Assembly: GCA_964456045.1 (NCBI GenBank)
Contig: CAYWAD010000002.1
Location: forward strand, 1-49,842
Length of the DNA: 49,842 nucleotides
Origin: an uncultured Lachnospiraceae bacterium
GTDB taxonomy: Bacteria > Bacillota > Clostridia > Oscillospirales > CAG-272
Direction of reading: 5' to 3'
In this document: in pieces, positions 44,225 to 49,842 of the stretch
Layout: each line of letters opens with the position of its first letter
Numbering within the stretch: the stretch's first letter is position 1
Notes under the pieces: model-generated
Told to the model about the DNA's origin: nothing
Databases searched by the model: none
What the model saw: the letters and a program-made list of their open reading frames with translations, nothing else
Position numbers and translations under genes: made by a program

Positions 44225-44779
44225 TCAACCTTCATACGATGGCACTCGTTTTGCAAGCGCGTGGTTTTTGTAGCGGCTGTCGGCGGTTACATCGCGAAGC
44301 ACGCTGATTTCGGGTGGAAGTTCGAACTTTGCAGTCTCGCTCGGAAGTTCCACCTCCATAACGGCAATCTCGCTCCAAAATGAATACACGTCAATTTCAA
44401 AAGCATAACCGCGGTACGGTAAAACGTACCGCTTTTTTATTATCGGTTTCGTCCCGGACTCGATGTTTTCCGCAAGGCGGAGATATTCATCCTCGGAAAT
44501 TTCGGTTTCGTCCTCGATTGCGCTCATTGCGGTCAGCCTTTTCTTTTTCGTGTGGGTATAGACGATTTTATCTGCGTATTTGCGCTTACGCACGCGTTCG
44601 CCGTCATATTTTTCCGATGCTGTTATATAAATTTGCTCTATCTCGCTTCCTTCGATCGTCGAAAGCAAGTCCTCGGACGGCATTTTTATCAGATATTTCA
44701 TTTCTGTTTCGATGTTCAAGGTCTGTTTCTCCGTTAATTTAATCTTTTCAATTATACTACTCTTTTTTTCGATATTCAA
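44225..44779 (-). CDS. CYTH-domain protein (triphosphate tunnel metalloenzyme family)
   Basis: 184 aa; ExExK-type motif IETEMKYLI near the N-terminus, plus later ERVRKR and EIDVY..MEVEL strands. The listed start is TTG, so the start is uncertain. Confidence 0.65.
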   Translation of the reverse strand: MNIEKKSSIIEKIKLTEKQTLNIETEMKYLIKMPSEDLLSTIEGSEIEQIYITASEKYDGERVRKRKYADKIVYTHTKKKRLTAMSAIEDETEISEDEYLRLAENIESGTKPIIKKRYVLPYRGYAFEIDVYSFWSEIAVMEVELPSETAKFELPPEISVLRDVTADSRYKNHALAKRVPSYEG

Positions 44780-44799
44780 CCGTAAAACCGCATCCGCTG

Positions 44800-44828
44800 T
44801 TGAAATTCCGCTTCATAGGTGATATAAT
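44800..44828 (+). promoter_or_regulatory. Candidate sigma-A promoter (TTGAAA-17-TATAAT)
   Basis: TTGAAA at 44800-44805, 17-nt spacer, TATAAT at 44823-44828. Confidence 0.6.
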
Positions 44829-44865
44829 TTTCTCAAAAGATTCTTTGTTTCCGAAAGGAATACCC

Positions 44866-45381
44866 ATGAAACGTTTATCTGTTACCCTTATTCTCACTCT
44901 TTTGGCAGTTGCACTCCTTGTTTCGTGCGCGTCAAACTCATTTGTACTCGTTTACTACGAAAATTACAGTCTCGTTTCCGATGCCCTGTCGTTTACGTTA
45001 AAGGAAGTCCCCGAAGAAGAAAACGCAGTGATTTTCGGCGCGATGGACGGCAAGCTCGGCCAGATAAATTATGAAGTTTTGGACGATGTCGGCGAGCCTG
45101 TCGGCGCTCTCGTTTACAGGCAGGCGACGCGCGATTACGCGGAAGCATTCGCTGCCGAAACGGGCAGTCTCGGCATATCGGGCAAGGCGTGCTCCGTCTC
45201 GTCCACGGAACGAATCGGCGTATATGAGGTATCATATAGCTTAACAGGCAACGTCGCTATCGCAGTTTGGAACGAGGACGAATATTCCTATTCGCTCGTT
45301 TTTACATTCTCGGACGAAGGGACCGTCGCAACAACGGATAAGGTTCGCGAATACGCAATCTCGCTCATTTCGACAAGATAA
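44866..45381 (+). CDS. Hypothetical lipoprotein
   Basis: ATG 44866 after GAAAGGA. MKRLSVTLILTLLAVALLVSCASNS (lipobox). 171 aa. Confidence 0.75.
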   Translation: MKRLSVTLILTLLAVALLVSCASNSFVLVYYENYSLVSDALSFTLKEVPEEENAVIFGAMDGKLGQINYEVLDDVGEPVGALVYRQATRDYAEAFAAETGSLGISGKACSVSSTERIGVYEVSYSLTGNVAIAVWNEDEYSYSLVFTFSDEGTVATTDKVREYAISLISTR

Positions 45382-45399
45382 ACCGAAAGGATTTACATT

Positions 45400-46407
45400 A
45401 TGAAATACATCACACTCGGTAAGACCGGGCTTAAAGTTTCACGTCTCGGCTTCGGCGGCATACCGATACAGCGCATAGACAGCGCCGGGACAGTCAAGCT
45501 TTTTGATGCGCTCGAAAAGCACGGCATCAACTTCATTGACACAGCGCGCGGCTACACCGTAAGCGAGGGCTACATCGGTGACGCCATACGCGGCAGACGC
45601 GAAAAATTCGTCATCGCCACAAAAAGCATGGCTCGCACGCGTGACGCAATGGCGGCGGACATCGAAAAGAGTCTTTCGCTTCTCGGAACGGACTACATAG
45701 ACATTTACCAAATCCACAACGCCTCCCCCGAACAGTTAGCAACGGTTATGGCAGAGGGCGGTGCGCTTGAAGCGCTCACAGAAGCTAAGGCGGCGGGCAA
45801 GATCGGTCACATCGGACTGACTTCTCATTCCGTCGAAACGTTCAAGCTTGCGCTTGATCTGCCGTGGGTCGAGACTTTTATGTTCCCGTACAACATCGTA
45901 GAAAACGAAATCGAGCCTTTAATTGAAGAATGCGCTAAAAAGGGCATTGCTTTCATCGCGATGAAGCCACTTGCCGGCGGTGCCATCGACAACGCGCGCC
46001 TCGCGCTCAGATACATCTCCGCAAACGAAGCTTTGACGGTAGCTCTCCCCGGAATGTACTCCGAGGATGAGGTCGAAATTAACGATTCCGCAGTCAACGA
46101 CGAAAGTCCGCTAAACGAATCCGAAATTGCCGACATCGAACGCATTCGCGCATTGCTCGGCGGCAACTTCTGCCGCAGATGCGGCTATTGCGCCCCCTGC
46201 ACCGCAGGCATAAACATCCCTCAGGTGTTCCTTTTTGACGGGTATTACACGCGCTACGGCTTGACAGAATGGGCAAGCTCGCGCTATCAAACGCTTAACG
46301 TCAAGGCATCCGCCTGCGTTGACTGCGGCGCTTGCGAGACCCGCTGTCCGTACAATCTCCCGATTCGAAAAATGCTGCGTGACGCGGCGGAAAGATTCGG
46401 AGAATGA
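45400..46407 (+). CDS. Aldo/keto reductase with a C-terminal 4Fe-4S cluster-binding domain
   Basis: 335 aa; AKR N-terminus MKYITLGKTGLKVSRLGFGG; C-terminal CRRCGYCAPC and CVDCGACETRCP. Confidence 0.85.
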   Translation: MKYITLGKTGLKVSRLGFGGIPIQRIDSAGTVKLFDALEKHGINFIDTARGYTVSEGYIGDAIRGRREKFVIATKSMARTRDAMAADIEKSLSLLGTDYIDIYQIHNASPEQLATVMAEGGALEALTEAKAAGKIGHIGLTSHSVETFKLALDLPWVETFMFPYNIVENEIEPLIEECAKKGIAFIAMKPLAGGAIDNARLALRYISANEALTVALPGMYSEDEVEINDSAVNDESPLNESEIADIERIRALLGGNFCRRCGYCAPCTAGINIPQVFLFDGYYTRYGLTEWASSRYQTLNVKASACVDCGACETRCPYNLPIRKMLRDAAERFGE

Positions 46408-47060
46408 ACAACATCCGCACACTTTACGAGGACGGGGACATCATCGTTATCATAAAGCCGGCAGGCGTTGAATCGCAAGCGTCCAAGGACGGTAATGATG
46501 TTCTGTCAATCATAAAAAACGCATCCGGTGCGGAGTTTTACCCCGTACACCGTCTCGATCGCGGCACGGAGGGCGTTATGGTCTACGCAAAGACACAGCT
46601 CGCGGCGGCTTCGCTTTCGCAATCCTTTGCATCGGGCGAAACGGACAAGACTTACCTTGCCGTTTTGTGCGGCGTTCCGTCGGAGCCGTCCGGTGAGCTT
46701 GAAGATTTACTCTATCACGACAGGGCAAAGAACAAATCCTATGTTGTCGCACGAAAACGCGCCGGCGTTAAGCGTGCTTCCCTTTCATATCAAGTTATGG
46801 ATGTACAAAGCTCGCACGCGCTTGTAAGAATAAAGCTACACACAGGGCGAACGCATCAGATCCGCGTTCAATTTGCGTCACGAAAGCTGCCGCTTTTGGG
46901 AGACGTGCGTTACGGCGGTGAGCAGTCCGGCTGCATTCCCAAGGGGTGCTTCGCGCTTGCGGCTGTGTCGCTTTCGTTTCCGCATCCGTCAACGGGGAGA
47001 CGCGAAAGTTTCTCGTTTCAGCCGTCCGGCGGCGTATGGGACGTTTTTTCGCAGGAATAA
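46404..47060 (+). CDS. RluA-family pseudouridine synthase (no S4 domain)
   Basis: 218 aa; catalytic motif HRLDRGTEGVMV; GRTHQIRVQ. Confidence 0.85.
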   Translation: MNNIRTLYEDGDIIVIIKPAGVESQASKDGNDVLSIIKNASGAEFYPVHRLDRGTEGVMVYAKTQLAAASLSQSFASGETDKTYLAVLCGVPSEPSGELEDLLYHDRAKNKSYVVARKRAGVKRASLSYQVMDVQSSHALVRIKLHTGRTHQIRVQFASRKLPLLGDVRYGGEQSGCIPKGCFALAAVSLSFPHPSTGRRESFSFQPSGGVWDVFSQE

Positions 47061-47065
47061 ACATC

Positions 47066-47095
47066 AAAAAACGGACAGCAAGCTGTCCGTTTTTT
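47066..47095. terminator. Bidirectional terminator
   Basis: Stem AAAAAACGGACAGC / GCTGTCCGTTTTTT with a 2-4 nt loop, between convergent genes. Confidence 0.85.
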
Positions 47096-47102
47096 ATGTT
47101 TG

Positions 47103-48323
47103 TCAATAATATTCGCCGACGGCAAAACTGATCCAAGCCATCCATTCCTTATCATATACTGCTTTCAGATGGCAACCGTCGCCGGAAAGCTCCGAATAGA
47201 GCCAACCGTCACTGTCCGTAAAATAATCGTTGACATGGATATAGTATATCTCGTACTTTTCAGCCATTGCCTTGAGATATTTGTTCAAGTTGCTGATGTT
47301 AGACGGCAAGAACGAATCCGGATATTTTGACGATTTCGAAAACTTCTGCGTTACAGCCATAACCCCTTGGATAATGATATCCGCATCGGGCTGATATTTT
47401 TTAACCATATCCAAAAGCTGCATATATTTTGCAACAATACTGCTTGCGCTGTAACCGCACTCGTTGATGCCGAGATTGATAAATATCTTTCCGTATGTCT
47501 TTGATTGCAGCAATTCTTCGAGCGTTTTGTTCGAAAAATTTTTATCCGAAAGCACCTTTGTGTCATAATTGAACACAGACATACCGACCGCGCAGAAATA
47601 GTCCGCCTTGCCTACGCGCGCATAATCACGAAGACCTACCGTACGCGACTCACCGATAAACAGCACATCATCGTACCACGATTCGTCAACGGCGCCGACC
47701 GAGAAATCATATCCCGGATATGTGTCGGTTTTGGGATCTTCCGACGGTTTGGTCGTCGTTTCCGGCGCTGTTGTAACCGGTTCGCTGGTTTCGGGTTCCG
47801 TTGTTACAGGCTCCGTTGTTACAGGTTTGGTTGTTACAGGCTCCGTCACCGGCTCTGTTGTAATCGGTTCGGTGGTTACCGGTTCTGTTGTTTCGGGCTC
47901 GATCGACGGTTCTGTTGTCTCCGGCTCGATCGTTACGGGATCTGTCGTTACAGGGTCGGTCGTTTCGGGTTCGGAGGGAATGGTATCCGGTTCGGGCTCG
48001 GTATCCGTTACGGGTTCAATGTCCGGCGTTGTCTCGATTTCAATCGGTTCCGGATGCTTCACGGGCAACTCCAAATCGCCAAACAAATCATCAAACAGAT
48101 CGTTATAATAATCGTCCTCGTCATCATCATCCGACATTGCCTGATCTATCGAAAAGCGCAAGGCATCATCCGCCGCAAAAGCAAACGGCAACTCTAACAT
48201 ACTGTAATCATGTTCGATGCCGTAAGGCTCTATTATTTGCTTTTGAATGTAGAATCCCGTGCCGAAAAGGAGCACGGCAAAAACCGAAATTGATGTCAAA
48301 AGGGCAAAAACTCTGAATTTCAT
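47103..48323 (-). CDS. Membrane-anchored SGNH/GDSL-like hydrolase/acyltransferase with an acidic and a Thr/Pro/Glu-rich linker
   Basis: 406 aa; N-terminal TM; SDDDDEDDYY acidic patch; ~110 aa of (P)ETTEPVTTEP-like repeats; SGNH block I LFIGESRT and block V DGCH near the C-terminus. Confidence 0.75.
   Translation of the reverse strand: MKFRVFALLTSISVFAVLLFGTGFYIQKQIIEPYGIEHDYSMLELPFAFAADDALRFSIDQAMSDDDDEDDYYNDLFDDLFGDLELPVKHPEPIEIETTPDIEPVTDTEPEPDTIPSEPETTDPVTTDPVTIEPETTEPSIEPETTEPVTTEPITTEPVTEPVTTKPVTTEPVTTEPETSEPVTTAPETTTKPSEDPKTDTYPGYDFSVGAVDESWYDDVLFIGESRTVGLRDYARVGKADYFCAVGMSVFNYDTKVLSDKNFSNKTLEELLQSKTYGKIFINLGINECGYSASSIVAKYMQLLDMVKKYQPDADIIIQGVMAVTQKFSKSSKYPDSFLPSNISNLNKYLKAMAEKYEIYYIHVNDYFTDSDGWLYSELSGDGCHLKAVYDKEWMAWISFAVGEYY
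47726..48060 (-). repeat. Imperfect in-frame short tandem repeats encoding the TEPVTT/PETTEP linker
   Basis: Reiterated GGTTC(N)GTTGTTAC-like units are visible on the plus strand; on the coding strand they encode the Thr/Glu/Pro/Val repeats. Confidence 0.8.
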
Positions 48324-48335
48324 TTTTTCTGTTCC

Positions 48336-49712
48336 TCAATACTGAAAATAAAGAAACGGATCTTGCGCCGATGTTGCGATGTAAAATATCGAAACCCAAA
48401 ACAAGGCAAATATAAGCACATCGGTCACCGCGTATTTGCGAATCTTCTTCCAAACAATTCTCGGAAGCGGCGTAGCAAACACGACACCCGCGATCAGCAA
48501 GCCGAGATATTCCTTGCCCCAAATCAACCAGTCATGGGAATTCAAGGCAGGCGAGCCTGCGCCGAAAATTTTTGCCGCGAAAGCGAGCATTTGCGAGGTG
48601 TCTCCGATCGCAAACGGGATCCAGCTTATCAATATCGCAACAACAGCGTAAATATTCGCAAGCGGACCTATGCGCTCCAGGACGCGGCGCAGCCACAGTC
48701 GTTCGTTGATTACAAAGAAGAACAAAATCAGCGCCCACAGAAGATAATTTCCGCCGACACCGTGCCAAAGACCCGTAAAGAGCCAAACGATCGCCAGATT
48801 GAAGATCGTTCGCATGGTGCCTTTTCTGTTTCCGCCGAGAGGGATATAGATATACTCGCGGAACCATGCACCGAGCGTGATATGCCAGCGACGCCAAAAT
48901 TCACTGACGGATTTTGATGCATACGGATCTCGAAAGTTTTCGGGCAATGAGAAGCCGAGCATTTTTCCGATACCGACCGCCATAATGCTGTAACTCCAAA
49001 AGTCAAAGTAAAGTTGCATCGCATAGCAGATCAACGCCAACCACGCAAACGGTGTCGAAATGCTTTCGTATCCGATCGTTATCGCCTGCGACCAAATTCC
49101 GCCGACGCGATTTGCAAGCATAACCTTCATTGCAAGTCCTATAACAAACTCTCGAATACCGTCGTAAAACAGTTCATATGAGCATTTCGGAGATTTGACC
49201 TGTTTCTTAAGCTGTTTCGGTTCAACAAGCGGCCCCATAAGCAGCTTCGGAAACATCACAACTTCCGCCGAATACAAAAGCAGGCTTTTGTCTGCGCAAA
49301 TTCTGCGGCGATAAACATCAATCAAATACGCCGCAATTTGAAACGAATAAAAGCTCATTCCGACAGGAAGATAACTTCCGCCGTCATAGCATTTGAAGAA
49401 CATCAACTCCGCGCCGAGAAACACCAGTCCGAGTGCAAGCAAACGCTTGTCCCCGGTAAGTTCGATTCGACGTGCAATATAATAAGTTACCACAGTCGAA
49501 ATGCCAAGCAAGAGCAAGTAAAGCGTGGGATTTGAGCCGGCATAAAAGTAAAAAACAACACCGGAAATTACAAGGACGCTTATTCTTAAATATTCAGGAA
49601 CAAGATAATATATTGCCAAAACAATCGGCAAAAACAAAAATACAAACGATATGCTGTTAAAAATTATGATTTCGTCCTCCTTAACAAAATGTCCGCTGCT
49701 TTTACGTATCAT
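48336..49712 (-). CDS. MBOAT-family membrane-bound O-acyltransferase (AlgI/DltB/PatA-like)
   Basis: 458 aa; polytopic; contains the conserved MBOAT His context (WRRWHITLGAWFREYIYIPLGGNR...GLWHG). Confidence 0.85.
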   Translation of the reverse strand: MIRKSSGHFVKEDEIIIFNSISFVFLFLPIVLAIYYLVPEYLRISVLVISGVVFYFYAGSNPTLYLLLLGISTVVTYYIARRIELTGDKRLLALGLVFLGAELMFFKCYDGGSYLPVGMSFYSFQIAAYLIDVYRRRICADKSLLLYSAEVVMFPKLLMGPLVEPKQLKKQVKSPKCSYELFYDGIREFVIGLAMKVMLANRVGGIWSQAITIGYESISTPFAWLALICYAMQLYFDFWSYSIMAVGIGKMLGFSLPENFRDPYASKSVSEFWRRWHITLGAWFREYIYIPLGGNRKGTMRTIFNLAIVWLFTGLWHGVGGNYLLWALILFFFVINERLWLRRVLERIGPLANIYAVVAILISWIPFAIGDTSQMLAFAAKIFGAGSPALNSHDWLIWGKEYLGLLIAGVVFATPLPRIVWKKIRKYAVTDVLIFALFWVSIFYIATSAQDPFLYFQY

Positions 49713-49750
49713 TATACACTTTTCGACAAGCTATATCAATACAAAAAGAA

Positions 49751-49780
49751 AAAAAACGCATCCGATCGGATGCGTTTTTT
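49751..49780. terminator. Bidirectional hairpin terminator
   Basis: AAAAAACGCATCCG / CGGATGCGTTTTTT palindrome. Confidence 0.75.
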
Positions 49781-49787
49781 ATGTTAT

Positions 49788-49842
49788 TCAGATCATTTCG
49801 TAAGGATCCGCTTCGTTTGCGAAAACGGGTGTAATCGCAAAT
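49788..49842 (-). CDS. 3' end of an unidentified gene entering from the right edge
   Basis: Open minus-strand frame ending ..FAITPVFANEADPYEMI* (stop at 49788-49790), followed by the terminator. It is too short to identify. Confidence 0.3.
   Translation of the reverse strand, partial: FAITPVFANEADPYEMI

Noticed and set aside
44225-44779. Possibility that the CYTH gene is a pseudogene because it lacks an ATG start with an SD.
   Set aside because: The frame is intact and the essential ExExK motif lies upstream of the first ATG. A TTG or other non-ATG start is the simpler explanation. The start coordinate is left uncertain rather than calling a pseudogene.
47726-48060. Periodic repeat that could be mistaken for a CRISPR-like or satellite array.
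   Set aside because: The units are ~12-15 nt, imperfect, lack spacers, and lie in frame within the SGNH gene, where they encode a TEP-rich linker. No repeat-spacer architecture or cas genes occur anywhere in the window.

Overview
This is a 49.8-kb chromosomal segment whose gene content looks low-GC Gram-positive and Clostridia-like (gdpP-rplI-dnaB synteny, DnaD/DnaI-type loader genes, a CwlC-like amidase with SPOR domains). That placement is inference from gene content only. Most of the window is housekeeping. It holds the start of the S10 ribosomal operon (rpsJ-rplC-rplD), xylB, an Lnt-GNAT fusion, rlu-upp, asd, hpf, gdpP-rplI-dnaB, ogg, alr, dCMP deaminase-rimI-tsaD, and a DnaD/DnaI-like pair. 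It also holds a secreted-nuclease operon, paaK-ACT, a complete 8-gene aromatic amino-acid (aro/pheA/tyrA) supraoperon, an aldo/keto reductase, two pseudouridine synthases and an MBOAT+SGNH O-acyltransferase pair. The only clearly accessory stretch is 38.3-43.5 kb. It is a prophage stump (CI/LexA-like repressor, a switch region with palindromic operators, tail-fibre-like LRR gene, holin-endolysin cassette) abutting tRNA-Ser(GCU), with a purine permease in the middle. The most interesting signal I can support is a short ORF hidden in the aro operon leader (29133-29201, MMSRVFANEYYYFYFFFIKKDR) followed by an antiterminator/terminator pair. This looks like a ribosome-mediated Tyr/Phe attenuator of the kind classically described in Proteobacteria. 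Other notable items are face-to-face promoters with CACA-N6-TGTG operators, the Lnt-GNAT fusion, and an untracked 32-aa Cys-rich membrane peptide gene. No CRISPR array, rRNA, transposase or integrase was seen. All family assignments come from reading the translations by eye; no database search was run.
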